Source: Candidatus Krumholzibacteriota bacterium (GTDB lineage Bacteria > Krumholzibacteriota > Krumholzibacteriia > JAJRXK01). Taken from it: a stretch of 64,000 bases of DNA. How positions within the stretch are numbered: the stretch's first letter is position 1; every line of letters begins with the position of its first letter. Below, one piece after another: positions 17,525 through 27,627 of this stretch. The notes under the pieces are model-generated. The model worked only from the letters and a program-made list of their open reading frames with translations, was not told where the DNA came from and made no database searches. Made by a program: the position numbers and the translations under genes. Location: assembly GCA_963764625.1 (NCBI GenBank), contig CAVXTH010000007.1, positions 1 through 64,000 on the forward strand, written 5' to 3'.

Positions 17525-20005
17525 CTAGTGGATGTCGACCGCGCCATTCGTGGCGCGCACCGTACCCCGCTTGGTGAAGGTGAGGGGCGATTCGATGAAG
17601 CTGGCGGACTTGATCGAGAGAAGTGCTCCGGGTCCGTAGGCCGCTACCGCCTCCGACACGGTGTTGTAGGGGCGGAATTCGGTGCCGTCTTCCACTCCCA
17701 CATAGGACTTGTCCACGTACACGATCGGCAACGGCTTGCAACGATACATTCCGCGCCCGTGAGTGGCGGCGATGAGGTAGCTCGTTCCCTGCCAGAAGAG
17801 CTCATCGACCTCGACGTTGTTGGGTCCTTCGTTTCCCGTGTACTGGACGGGAGTGACACTCCAAGTGAGGCCCTTGTCCTCGGAGGCATAGACCCCCATG
17901 TCTGTCCCCACGTAGACCCAGTCGAACTGCACCGGGTGGTAACGGACCGTGTTCACCTGAATGGCGGGCAGATCGTAGGGAGCGGTTCCGTTGCGGATCT
18001 GCCAACTGGCGCCCGTCGTGTTGGTATAGAGCACGGTCTGATTTGAATAGCCGCCCACCGTCACGAATACCTCGTTGTAGGCCCCAGGGTTGATTGCGAT
18101 GTCGGTCACCGGTCTCGATCCAGTGGGAAGCGCGTGATCGGTCCAGGTGCTCCCACCGTCGAGGGAGTGTGAAACCACGCCGTTGTCATAGCCGATCCAA
18201 ATTGCCAAAGAGCTGGAAGGTGCGATGTCGATTGCGGTGCAGAACGGACTGCCTCCGATTGGATTGCGGACGGAGTACCAGCTGTTGGCCGCATTCGTGG
18301 TTCGCCAAATGCTGACGCCTCCGGCCATGAGGGTAGCGTCGTTGTTGGGATCGATGACCATCGGAGCCAAAAAGCTGCACTTGGAGTCGTCTCCTGCATC
18401 ATTCAACCCGCTCACGCGCGACTGCCAGGTCGAGCCTCCGTTGTCGCTGCGGAAGATCCCCAGCCAGGCTTCATCCAGAAAAAATTGGGTGGGGTTCGGA
18501 GAGGATCCAATGGCGGCGTACACTCCGTCGCCGCCCAGTCGCTGGACCCAGCCCTGGGATCCATTCGCGGGCCGATAGTCCACGCTTCCGTTGTCCTGGG
18601 TTCCTCCCAGGATCACCGATCCGTCCACCGCCGCCGCGCCGCCGAAGAACTGCGTGACCCCCAAGTTATGAGCCAGATTCGTCCATCCCGAGTTGAGCGA
18701 GGCACTGAAGAGATCGGGTGCCTTCTGGATGCCTCCATCGTTGGCCACGAAGATCGTGCGGTTCGTGACGCCGTCGTAGTTCAGCGATGCGACAATCATA
18801 TGTTGATCAGTATGAGCGGATAGACCTGCGTTGTAGTAGCCGCCATCACTGATCCGACTGAAAATTTGGCCACTGCCCAGGGTGCGATAGAGATCGCCGA
18901 AACCACCCCATACGATGAGGGTCGGATCAGTGGGAGAAACCCAAAGGGCATTCGACCAGCGATCCGCGTTCGTCGTGACCCACGGAGTCCAGGTGGTCCC
19001 ACCGTCGGTCGAGCGGTAGATGAAGTCGGTCATGTCGTTCAGGATGGGCACATCCTTGGCGGCCTGGACGTAGATGTAGTTGGTGTTCGTCGGCGCGAAA
19101 GCGATCGCGCAGCTGCCCGGGCTGAGGGGCATCTTGTTGGGGGCACCGGTAGTCTGGGACACGAAGTTTGCTCCGCCGTTGGTGGAGAGATACATATCGG
19201 TCTCAGTACCCACTGCAATGATGTTCGAATTCGCTGGGCTGTATTTCACGTCACGAACCGCAACGCCGTTCGGGGGGGCGAAGAGTAGAGTCCAGCTGCT
19301 GCCGCCGTCCTGGGAGCGGTACAGGCCCGTTCTCGTGCCCGCGAGCAGGCGGCCGGAAGCGGCGCGTTGGTGTTCGAGGCAGCTCACGTACTGAAAGTCT
19401 GACCCCGCCGTACTCGAGAGCCAGAACCAATTGAGGCCCCCGTCGATGCTCTTGAAGATTCCCGCCCCCGGGATGCTCGCATTGCTTCCCACGAGTTCGC
19501 CGGTCCCGGCATAAAGGATCTGAGGACTGATGGGATCGATGGCGAGCGATGCTACCGGCAGCGAAGCGATGAAATCGCTAACGGGCGCCCAGCTGTTGCC
19601 AGCGTTCGTGCTGCGCCATACGCCTCCCCCCGCGCTTCCCAGCCACATCAAATTGGGATCGGTCGGATGGATGACGATGGCTCGCACGCGTCCGCCGATG
19701 TTTCCCGGCCCAAGCCATTCCCAGGCCCAGATGCCGGCGTCTCGTTTGGCGGAAGATAGACCCGAGGTGGTCCGATTCGTGAGCTGTTTCCAGGCGGTCA
19801 CCAGGGCTCCGGGGGCAATCTCGCCGGATGGGTCCGCGCGCATCATCCTGCGGGCCTGCATCCTGGCCATCACATTCTCGACTCGCTCCCCCTCTTCTTC
19901 TTCCGCGCGGGCGGTTCCTGCGACTACGAGTACGAAGCAGAGAAGAGAAACGAGCAGTGAGAACCCCCGGCTTTCGGCGCGGGTGAATCGGCTGAATCCT
20001 CGCAT
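17525..20005 (-). CDS. secreted BNR/Asp-box beta-propeller protein (sortilin/GH74-like)
   Basis: WEWLGPGNIGGRVRAI; many SxDGGxxW Asp-boxes; GGTQDNG, GGDG, AATHGRG; signal peptide from ATG 20005. Confidence 0.88.
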   Translation of the reverse strand: MRGFSRFTRAESRGFSLLVSLLCFVLVVAGTARAEEEEGERVENVMARMQARRMMRADPSGEIAPGALVTAWKQLTNRTTSGLSSAKRDAGIWAWEWLGPGNIGGRVRAIVIHPTDPNLMWLGSAGGGVWRSTNAGNSWAPVSDFIASLPVASLAIDPISPQILYAGTGELVGSNASIPGAGIFKSIDGGLNWFWLSSTAGSDFQYVSCLEHQRAASGRLLAGTRTGLYRSQDGGSSWTLLFAPPNGVAVRDVKYSPANSNIIAVGTETDMYLSTNGGANFVSQTTGAPNKMPLSPGSCAIAFAPTNTNYIYVQAAKDVPILNDMTDFIYRSTDGGTTWTPWVTTNADRWSNALWVSPTDPTLIVWGGFGDLYRTLGSGQIFSRISDGGYYNAGLSAHTDQHMIVASLNYDGVTNRTIFVANDGGIQKAPDLFSASLNSGWTNLAHNLGVTQFFGGAAAVDGSVILGGTQDNGSVDYRPANGSQGWVQRLGGDGVYAAIGSSPNPTQFFLDEAWLGIFRSDNGGSTWQSRVSGLNDAGDDSKCSFLAPMVIDPNNDATLMAGGVSIWRTTNAANSWYSVRNPIGGSPFCTAIDIAPSSSLAIWIGYDNGVVSHSLDGGSTWTDHALPTGSRPVTDIAINPGAYNEVFVTVGGYSNQTVLYTNTTGASWQIRNGTAPYDLPAIQVNTVRYHPVQFDWVYVGTDMGVYASEDKGLTWSVTPVQYTGNEGPNNVEVDELFWQGTSYLIAATHGRGMYRCKPLPIVYVDKSYVGVEDGTEFRPYNTVSEAVAAYGPGALLSIKSASFIESPLTFTKRGTVRATNGAVDIH

Positions 20006-20314
20006 CGGGTCCCTCCACGATGACGGGCCCGGGCTCTCGTGAACTTCGAGCCCGGACCACTCCGCGAATCCGCAGCCACTCGGAGAATTCTCGCTGGGCG
20101 TGGCTCCACTAAAGGGAAGAACGCAATCGGGCTCTGGGAGGTGACATGGCTCCGCTCGTGTCAGTTTGGCAGCGAGATCTTGCCAGCCGGAGAGGCGTCG
20201 AGGACACTTGATTCGTGTCATTTCGGATGGCTCGGGGGCAGGAACGAGGTCATTTGGGGGAAGAGGTCAGGTCTCCGAAGTTGTCTCAGGACTCGAGTCG
20301 AAGGAGAGGACCGC

Positions 20315-20791
20315 ATGAAAGGGCTTCCACGTGGCGTTCCACTCGCACTCGCGGGTATCATTCTCATCATGAGCGGATGCGGCAGTCAGCCCGAGATCGG
20401 CCAGCAGCGGGAACTCCTCCTCCAGACGGACCGGGAGTTTTCCGCCTACTCCGCGCGTCACGGCGCCGCGGAGGCGTTCAAGGAGTATCTGCTGGAGGAC
20501 GCACTCCAATTGCCCGCCGGTGAAGTCCCCATCCACGGCCGGGACGGAATCTACGAATCCATGTCCAAGTCCAGTGGCAGCTACACCCTCAGTTGGGAAC
20601 CGCAGGACGGCGCGGTCGCAGCCTCGGGTGACATGGCCTACACCTGGGGGATCTACACCGTGAAGGTCCCGGGAGAGAACGGGGTCGAGCGGTCGAGTGA
20701 GGGGAAGTACTTGAACGTGTGGCGGAAAGACAGCAGCGGACGCTGGAGAGTGCTCATCGACATAGGAAACCAGAACCCCGCCAGCGAGTGA
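20315..20791 (+). CDS. DUF4440/SnoaL-like (NTF2 fold) lipoprotein
   Basis: RBS aaggagagg, lipobox IMSGC, SGDMAYTWG..GKYLNVWRK..GRWRVLIDIGN. Confidence 0.88.
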   Translation: MKGLPRGVPLALAGIILIMSGCGSQPEIGQQRELLLQTDREFSAYSARHGAAEAFKEYLLEDALQLPAGEVPIHGRDGIYESMSKSSGSYTLSWEPQDGAVAASGDMAYTWGIYTVKVPGENGVERSSEGKYLNVWRKDSSGRWRVLIDIGNQNPASE

Positions 20792-20830
20792 GCTCTTTTC
20801 TTCCCGGCACGAGTGGCCTCTGTCCTTCGT

Positions 20831-21844
20831 TCAAGCCAATTCGTGGAAGCCCACCATCCGGCCCTGATCTTCGTCCCAGAGTCGAAGCGACATGGAATGT
20901 AGACTCTCTCGTAAGCTCAAGCACTTCACCTGGGGGAGGGGGGGCAGCTCTCGGTGGCACCGCTCGAGGAAGTAGTTGGGGATCCGGGAGTTGAGGTGGT
21001 GGATATGGTGGAAACCGATGTTCCCCGAAAACCACTGGAGGATCCGTGGCAGCCTATAGAACGAGCTGCCAACCAGCGCCGCCTCGGCCGGATCGTGATT
21101 CACCCGGCGGGCCCAATAGGTTCCCTCGTACTGATGCTGGACGTAGAAGAGCCAGATGCCAGCGGCTCCTCCGATCACCGTCACCGGGATCTGCATCAGG
21201 AGGTAGGCCTTGAGTCCGATGGTGAACCCGAGTGTGGTCCAGATTCCCAGGAGCGCGAGGTTGCACCAAAGCACGCTGAGTTTTTCCCGGCGTCGTGAGC
21301 TCTTTCCGGGAAAACGATTCAGCAAGGCGAACATCAACAGGGGTCCGACCGTGAGCATGAAAATAGGTTGCCGATAGCACCAGTACTTCAAGCGCTTCCA
21401 GCTGGAGGCATTTCTGTATTCCTCCACCGTCATCGTCCAGATGTCTCCAATACCCCGTCGGTCGAGATCACCCGAAGTCGCGTGATGGCGGGCGTGTTCA
21501 TACCACCATCGATAGTGTGGAGTGAGAGTCAAGACGCCGGTGATGAATCCGACGATCTCGTTGGCGCGCTTGGAACGGAAGAAGGAGCCATGACCGCAAT
21601 CGTGAAAGATGATAAAGACTCGCATCATGAACGCCGCCGCGACCACGGCCAGAGCCAGGGTGAGCCAATAGGACACACGCAGGCTGAAATAGAGCGCCAC
21701 CCACAACCCCAGGTAGGGCACCACCGAATTGAGAATCTGTCGCACGCTGCGGCTGACTCGCGGCTTGCTGTATCGTTTTAAGATGCTGGATGGGCGATCA
21801 CCCTCCAGCCGTGGAGCCTGGATCTTCAGGGCCCTAAGGTTCAT
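20831..21844 (-). CDS. des: membrane fatty acid desaturase (Bacillus Des-like)
   Basis: His boxes HDCGH, HARHH, HHIHH plus QHQYE; TM segments. Confidence 0.92.
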   Translation of the reverse strand: MNLRALKIQAPRLEGDRPSSILKRYSKPRVSRSVRQILNSVVPYLGLWVALYFSLRVSYWLTLALAVVAAAFMMRVFIIFHDCGHGSFFRSKRANEIVGFITGVLTLTPHYRWWYEHARHHATSGDLDRRGIGDIWTMTVEEYRNASSWKRLKYWCYRQPIFMLTVGPLLMFALLNRFPGKSSRRREKLSVLWCNLALLGIWTTLGFTIGLKAYLLMQIPVTVIGGAAGIWLFYVQHQYEGTYWARRVNHDPAEAALVGSSFYRLPRILQWFSGNIGFHHIHHLNSRIPNYFLERCHRELPPLPQVKCLSLRESLHSMSLRLWDEDQGRMVGFHELA

Positions 21845-21917
21845 GGATGGTTGATCCTACGTAGGAGTTGAGGAGTCGATCCCAGCTACACTATAGCCCA
21901 GAGACGACCGCCCCGCC

Positions 21918-21948
21918 AAAGAGAAGGCCACCTGGATACGGGTGGGCC
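21918..21948 (-). terminator. possible intrinsic terminator after the small 67-aa gene
   Basis: Imperfect GC hairpin (ggcccacccg-tatc-caggtggcc on minus strand) followed by ttctcttt. Confidence 0.35.
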
Positions 21949-21961
21949 CACGATTCACTTC

Positions 21962-22165
21962 TCAGTCCTCGTCCAGATCTTCGTCCAGATCCCCGTCCAG
22001 TCCATCGTCTAGTTCTTCGTCCACCTCGTCGTCGTCCTTCGAGATCTCAGGCATCTCATCATCCTGGCGCTTCATGCGTTTTCGCTCGAGTTTTTCCTCC
22101 CGCTTCTTTTTCTTCTTCAGCTCCTTCTGTCTCTTTTCCGAGCCGTAGTTCGTACGTTTCGCCAT
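21962..22165 (-). CDS. small basic/acidic bipartite protein
   Basis: 67 aa with RBS ggagg; MAKRTNYGSEKRQKELKKKKKREEK resembles a recurring small-protein N-terminus; acidic tail. Confidence 0.7.
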   Translation of the reverse strand: MAKRTNYGSEKRQKELKKKKKREEKLERKRMKRQDDEMPEISKDDDEVDEELDDGLDGDLDEDLDED

Positions 22166-22300
22166 TCCGCAGGCACCTCCAAGGAAGGTTGAGAGATCGA
22201 CACGATTCTCGTCGCATTCGGGCTGGCTCGAGCTCCAGCCCGCAAGGTCGAAAGTCTAGCCGATTGAGCCCGGCGAAGGAAAGGCCGATTGGCATCTTCG

Positions 22301-22948
22301 TCAGGCGACCACATAGCGCAAGATCGCGAAGTAGTGGCACAGACTGCCGGCGAGCACGAATCCGTGCCAGATGGCATGGTGGTAGGGGACGCGCCGCGAG
22401 AGATAGAAGTAGATTCCGCCGGAATACGCGAGGCCGCCCAGGCCGAGCAGAAGGAGGCCGGCCGCGGGCAAGCTGGTCACCAGGGGCCGCGCCGCGATGA
22501 CGATGAGCCATCCCATCGACAGATACAGTGCGAGGGAGATCCAGCGGAAGCGTCGCCGCAGAACCATCTCCTGCGCGACTCCGACCGCCGCTAGTCCCCA
22601 CACGACTCCGAAGAGACTCCAACCCCATCCTCCTCGTAGGGTGATCAGGGTGAAGGGTGTGTAGGTGCCGGCAATGAGGAGGTAGATCGCGCTGTGATCG
22701 AGGGCCTGCAGCACGCTCTTGGCTCTGGATCGGGGAAGGATGTGGTAGAGCGTGGATGCCGAGTACAGAAGGATCAGACTGGCACAGTAGATCGAAGCTG
22801 CCACGATCCGCCAGGGGTCACCGCGCGTTGCGGCCAGAGGCACCATCACCCAGAGGCCCACGAGCGCGAGGACTGCTCCCACGCCGTGGATCAGCGCGTG
22901 CGCGACCTCCTCGGCGCGCGTGTGCTCGTATTCACCACGATTCTGGAT
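22301..22948 (-). CDS. hemolysin III / PAQR family membrane protein
   Basis: STLYH, DHSAIYLLIAGTYTP, HAIWHGFVLAG; conserved EEVAHALIHG lies upstream of first canonical start (GTG 22882), so the start is uncertain. Confidence 0.9.
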   Translation of the reverse strand: MQNRGEYEHTRAEEVAHALIHGVGAVLALVGLWVMVPLAATRGDPWRIVAASIYCASLILLYSASTLYHILPRSRAKSVLQALDHSAIYLLIAGTYTPFTLITLRGGWGWSLFGVVWGLAAVGVAQEMVLRRRFRWISLALYLSMGWLIVIAARPLVTSLPAAGLLLLGLGGLAYSGGIYFYLSRRVPYHHAIWHGFVLAGSLCHYFAILRYVVA

Positions 22949-23305
22949 GTTGACCGTCCTGGACGGGAAGTTCTCAAGACCCTGGATAAGTAGTCCCTCC
23001 GCCTTCCCTTGCCAACCCCCGGGGTCCAGGACCCCCCCGGGGGGGCCCCGACGGTTTCATGGGCTCGGAGGGAAGCGGCTGCCCGCGGCCTTTGCCGATT
23101 TCCCCGGACGGATCTACCATAGAGGCTCAAGCTGCGGAGGTCCGCGCCCCGTGACCCACGCAGATTGTACCTGGCGCAACAACCCCTTGTTGAGAGTAGT
23201 GCCCCCCGGGTCCGGTTTCCTGGCAGTCCGTCAGGACGGCGTATCCGCCGTGAGCTCACTGGTCATCACGCAAGCTTGCCCCTAGGCGACGGAACAGAGG
23301 ATGGG

Positions 23306-23707
23306 GTGAAGACCAAGATGCCCGAGCACCTCAGAATCGACGAGGCGAGAGGACTCATCATCATCGATTCCTCAGGAAAGGTGAGCGTGCCGCAGATCCG
23401 CGCGTCGATCAAGGCCGTAGAGACCGTCTACACCGAGAAGGGCATCAACAAAGCGCTGGTCGATGCGCGCAACCAGGATCAACCGCCTTCCATCACGGAA
23501 CTCTACGAAATCGCCTCGAACATGCCCCGGGGCATCAGGATCGCACTTTTGACGACCGGGGGGACGACCACCGAAGACGGACTGCGCTTCCTGGAGACGG
23601 TGGCCAAGAACACTGGACTGGAAGTACGAGTCTTTTTGGAAGAGGACGAGGCGTTACGATGGCTCGATCACCGAGCTCCGAGATCCGCCCGAAATACCTG
23701 CCCGTAG
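23306..23707 (+). CDS. STAS/SpoIIAA-like small protein
   Basis: ALVDAR..RIALL..FLETVAKNTG..VRVF..EDEALRWL pattern; RBS gagga before GTG 23306. Confidence 0.7.
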   Translation: MKTKMPEHLRIDEARGLIIIDSSGKVSVPQIRASIKAVETVYTEKGINKALVDARNQDQPPSITELYEIASNMPRGIRIALLTTGGTTTEDGLRFLETVAKNTGLEVRVFLEEDEALRWLDHRAPRSARNTCP

Positions 23708-24723
23708 ATTTCCCACAGAGTCAGACACACGGCGGCGAGGATGGGCCCCAGGAGTAGACCGGGGACGCCGAAGAAGCCGAGTCCGCCCAGAGTGCTGAAG
23801 AGAATCAGAAGCTCGTGCATCTGTGTGTCCTTGCCGGTCAAGAGCGGTCGCAGCAAGTTGTCGACCGCTCCCACGATCACCAGGAACCACAGAGTGAGCA
23901 GGATCGCCGTGGTGAGATGTCCGGCCACCGCGAGATAGATGACGGCGGGGACCCAGATGAGACCCGTGCCAACCCCGGGAATGATGGACAGCACCACCAT
24001 GAGGGAAGCCCAGAAGACCGGTCCGTGCAGACCGGCTACCCAGAAGCCGAGTCCGCCGAGGAGTCCCTGCAAGAGCCCGATAGCCAGAGTACCCTTTAAC
24101 ATGGCACGGCTGACCGAGACGAAGCGGCTCATCATCTTCATCTCGTCCTCGTGGGTCAGGGGCAAATAGTAGAGGAACTTGTCCAGGGCCCTCTGCCCGT
24201 CCTTGAGCAGGAAGTACAGGCAGTAGCCGAAGAGAAAGAAGTGGAAGATGAAATTGGCGGTGCGTCCGGTGACCCCCGCGACTCCGCTGACGAAGAAACT
24301 CCCCGTACTCTGGACGATCGCCACCACTTTGGTGAGCACCTCGCGCCGATCCAGGCCCAGATCGTCGAGGATGGGCAAGTACTCGTAGAGGCGGGCCATC
24401 GGATCGGGCTTGGCGAGCTGTTGTTCCACCCAGGGTCGCACCATGCGGCTCACCTCGATGGCCTGGTCCGCCGCGACCACCACCAAGAAAAGAAGCGGAA
24501 CGATGACGATCAGAAGGACGATGAGGAGCGTGGCCAGCGAGGCAAAGCTGCGCTTGCCCGAAAAGAGTTTTGCAAGGCGCTGAAAGAGCGGTTGGAAGAG
24601 TCCGGCGAAAATGGCGGCCAAAAGGAAAGTAATGAGGAAGGGCCGGACCATCGCGAAGAACAGTACGGTGATCAACAAGGTGATCGCGAGCACACTCGTT
24701 TTGACGAAAGTCGGTCGACTCAT
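23668..24723 (-). CDS. AI-2E family transporter
   Basis: Multi-TM; YFLLKDG, SIIPGVGTGLIWVP, DNLLRP, STLGG..GLLLGP. Confidence 0.92.
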   Translation of the reverse strand: MSRPTFVKTSVLAITLLITVLFFAMVRPFLITFLLAAIFAGLFQPLFQRLAKLFSGKRSFASLATLLIVLLIVIVPLLFLVVVAADQAIEVSRMVRPWVEQQLAKPDPMARLYEYLPILDDLGLDRREVLTKVVAIVQSTGSFFVSGVAGVTGRTANFIFHFFLFGYCLYFLLKDGQRALDKFLYYLPLTHEDEMKMMSRFVSVSRAMLKGTLAIGLLQGLLGGLGFWVAGLHGPVFWASLMVVLSIIPGVGTGLIWVPAVIYLAVAGHLTTAILLTLWFLVIVGAVDNLLRPLLTGKDTQMHELLILFSTLGGLGFFGVPGLLLGPILAAVCLTLWEIYGQVFRADLGAR

Positions 24724-24809
24724 GAGTGCGAGGCTAGCATCGCGGTACCGGCAGGCCAAGAATTATCGGAGCGCGGGCCCAGGCTTGCGCCAGGCATCGA
24801 CCGGGGCAC

Positions 24810-25241
24810 TCAGCCGGTCATGATGTATTTTTCGAGCTGCTCGATGTGAAATTCGTGTTCGGAAATGATGGCCTTCACCACGTCGCCGATCGAAATGACT
24901 CCGACCACCTTGCCGCTCTCCACCACCGGGAGATGACGAATGCGACGTTGGGTCATCAGGGCCATCGCTTCTTCCACCTGTGCGTCGGGAGGAACACACA
25001 ACACCTTCGTCGACATGATCTCCTCGACCTTGCACTCGCGCGAGGACTTTCCCTGCAGAATGACCTTACGCGCATAGTCTCGCTCAGAGAGTAGTCCCAC
25101 CAGTTTCTCGCCCGTCATCACGAGGAGGGCGCCGACTCCCTTTTCGGAGAGAAGCTCGATCGCCTCGTAGACCGTCGCGCCGGGGGAAATGTGATAGATC
25201 TCGTAGCCTTTATTCTTGAGCAGGTGTTTGATCTTCTTCAT
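24810..25241 (-). CDS. CBS domain pair protein
   Basis: VGALLV..LVGLLSERDYARK..RIRHLPVV..GVISIGDVVK; RBS ggag before ATG 25241. Confidence 0.93.
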   Translation of the reverse strand: MKKIKHLLKNKGYEIYHISPGATVYEAIELLSEKGVGALLVMTGEKLVGLLSERDYARKVILQGKSSRECKVEEIMSTKVLCVPPDAQVEEAMALMTQRRIRHLPVVESGKVVGVISIGDVVKAIISEHEFHIEQLEKYIMTG

Positions 25242-25453
25242 ACGAACTCCCTCTGGGCATGCGAGAGGACCTGAAAGCACGCGAAGCTGGGCTTTCATTA
25301 AGATCTAAGGCGGTGGGAGGGCGAACGCAAGCCAAATCGCTTTTCGGCAAGGGTTTAGGCCAGATGATAGGACGCGCACAGTTTACTAGGCAAGGGGCCC
25401 GAGCCGTGGTAGGAAGTCTGGTTGTGGTCCTTTCTTGAGCCGAGGAGGTTTGC

Positions 25454-26812
25454 ATGGAGCAGCTCGTCGCCTTCTTGAAGCAGGCATCGGATTTCATCTG
25501 GGGTCCGTGGCTGCTCATCCCTCTGCTCCTGTTCACCGGGCTCTATTTGACCCTGCGTTTGCGCGGCTTGCAGTTCAGGGAACTCTACGGCGCCTTGTAC
25601 CTCGCCCTCGTCGTGCGCAAGGACAAAGGCGCCACCGGTGACATCTCCCACTTCCAGGCTCTGATGACCGCCCTGGCTGCTACGGTTGGTACGGGCAACA
25701 TCGTGGGAGTCGCGACCGCAATTGCGCTGGGAGGTCCCGGCGCGATTTTTTGGATGTGGATGACCGGTCTGTTGGGGATGGCCACGAAATACTCCGAAGC
25801 GCTGCTCTCGGTGAAGTTTCGTGTCACCGACCATCGGGGAGAGCAGGCAGGCGGTCCCATGTACTACCTCTCGCGCGGGGTACGGGCGCAGCCCTTGGGA
25901 AAGATCTTGGGGTGGCTCTTCGCGGTCTTTGCCGCGGTGGCGGCCTTCGGCATCGGAAACATGGTGCAGTCGAATTCCGTGGCGCAAGCTCTGCACGAGA
26001 GCTTTGGAGTCTCCGTTCTCATCACGGGAATCGTCATGGCCGCAGGTGCGGCCGCCGTGATCCTGGGGGGAATCCGTAGCATCGGCCGATTCACTTCGGC
26101 GTTCGTGCCGGTGATGATCGCGGTGTATACGGCGGGGACCCTCCTGATCCTGCTGCGCTTTGCCGGGGCGATTCCGCATGCCTTGGCTCTCATCTTCCAC
26201 GACGCCTTCAGCGGAACCGCGCTCACCGGAGGATTCGCGGGCGCGGCGGTAGCGGCGGCGATTCGCTTCGGCGTGGCGCGCGGAATCTTCTCCAACGAGT
26301 CAGGCCTGGGTTCGGCCGCCATCGCTGCCGCGGCGGCGCAAACCGAGGAACCGGTTCGGCAAGCCATGGTCTCGATGACCCAGACCTTCATCGACACGAT
26401 CGTGGTGTGCTCTCTCACTGCGCTCGTCATCCTCACCACCGGAGCGTGGGAGAGCGGCGCGAATGGGGCGCCCCTCACGCAGCTCGCGTTCAGCCGGGGG
26501 CTTCCCGGCGAGTGGGGCGGATGGCTGGTCGCCGTCAGTCTCTCGATGTTCGCGTTCTCGACCATTCTGGGCTGGAGCTACTACGGGGAGAAGAGCATCG
26601 AGTACCTCATCGGGGAACGATGGATTCGGCTCTACCGGATTCTCTTCGTCGCCGCCGTCTTGTTCGGCGCCATTCGGAGTCTGGATTTCGTCTGGACCAT
26701 ATCTGACGTCATGAACGGGCTCATGGCCCTTCCGAACCTGATCGGGTTGTTGCTCTTGAGCGGAGTCATCGTCAGCCAAACGCGTGAGTATTTTCAGAGG
26801 CGTTCTCAGTAG
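25454..26812 (+). CDS. alanine/glycine:cation symporter (AGCS family)
   Basis: [51 protein letters not shown]. Confidence 0.95.
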   Translation: MEQLVAFLKQASDFIWGPWLLIPLLLFTGLYLTLRLRGLQFRELYGALYLALVVRKDKGATGDISHFQALMTALAATVGTGNIVGVATAIALGGPGAIFWMWMTGLLGMATKYSEALLSVKFRVTDHRGEQAGGPMYYLSRGVRAQPLGKILGWLFAVFAAVAAFGIGNMVQSNSVAQALHESFGVSVLITGIVMAAGAAAVILGGIRSIGRFTSAFVPVMIAVYTAGTLLILLRFAGAIPHALALIFHDAFSGTALTGGFAGAAVAAAIRFGVARGIFSNESGLGSAAIAAAAAQTEEPVRQAMVSMTQTFIDTIVVCSLTALVILTTGAWESGANGAPLTQLAFSRGLPGEWGGWLVAVSLSMFAFSTILGWSYYGEKSIEYLIGERWIRLYRILFVAAVLFGAIRSLDFVWTISDVMNGLMALPNLIGLLLLSGVIVSQTREYFQRRSQ

Positions 26813-27477
26813 AGCGTGCGCTGGATCCACGCGCCGATCGCCTGGATCTCCTGCACGACGACCTGGTGCTGCATGGGATACTCGTGCCACTCCACCGAGT
26901 AGCCGAGCTCCTCGAGCCGGGCATGGGCTTCCTGTCCCTTGGTGAAGGGAACCATGGGATCGAAGATGCCGTGGGCCTGGAAGATCGGGATTTTCGCGTT
27001 GACGGCGCTGCGCTCGGCCTGAAGGGTCGATTCCAGAAGCAGGTAGGTGCTGAGAGCGAGGATTCCGGCCAGTCTCTTCGGGTAGCGCAGGCCGGTGAAG
27101 AGTGAGATTGCTCCGCCCTGGGAGAAACCGGCCACGATGATGCGCTCACAGGGAACCCCTCGTTCGTTCTCGCGCGCGATGAGGTGTTCGAGGCTTCGGG
27201 CCGAACTGCGGATCCCCGTTTCGTCGTGTCCACGTTTCAAGTCGAGTTCCACGATGTCGTACCAGGCGCGCATCACCATGCCCTGGTTGAGGGTCACCGG
27301 GATTTTCGGCGCGTGGGGGAAGAGGAAGCGGATACCATGGCTTGAGGGAAGTCTCAGCTCGGGGACGATGGGCTCGAAATCATGGCCATCGGCACCGAGG
27401 CCGTGGAGCCAGATGACCGAACTCTCGGCCGGCTTCGCGGGCTCGAGTTCCACGCAATCCAGGTAGTCAGGGGTCAA
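26806..27477 (-). CDS. phospholipase/carboxylesterase (alpha/beta hydrolase)
   Basis: [22 protein letters not shown] nucleophile, HGxxD, YPMQH. Confidence 0.94.
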   Translation of the reverse strand: MTPDYLDCVELEPAKPAESSVIWLHGLGADGHDFEPIVPELRLPSSHGIRFLFPHAPKIPVTLNQGMVMRAWYDIVELDLKRGHDETGIRSSARSLEHLIARENERGVPCERIIVAGFSQGGAISLFTGLRYPKRLAGILALSTYLLLESTLQAERSAVNAKIPIFQAHGIFDPMVPFTKGQEAHARLEELGYSVEWHEYPMQHQVVVQEIQAIGAWIQRTLY

Positions 27478-27627
27478 GGCAATTCCTCGGGAATCTGGCT
27501 CGTCCAGAAGCTATTTCTATGGCTTAACTCGGGCAAGGCAAATTCCCTCCAACCAGTACTCGCACGTCACGAGCATTGTGCGTACCCTTGCGGCGAAAGA
27601 GTTCTCAACCTCAGCTGGAGGCACTCG

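Noticed and set aside
21962-22040. Short tandem repeats (tcgtccagat-like) as a CRISPR or VNTR
   Set aside because: They simply encode the DEDL/DGDL acidic tail of the small protein; no spacers
23015-23050. G/C-run hairpin (ccccggggtccaggacccccccggggggg) as a REP or mobile-element end
   Set aside because: Single occurrence, no U-tract, no second copy or transposase in the window
25300-25453. Glycine riboswitch upstream of the AGCS symporter
   Set aside because: Expected by context, but no GGAGA/CCGAAG/CTCTCAGG core is visible
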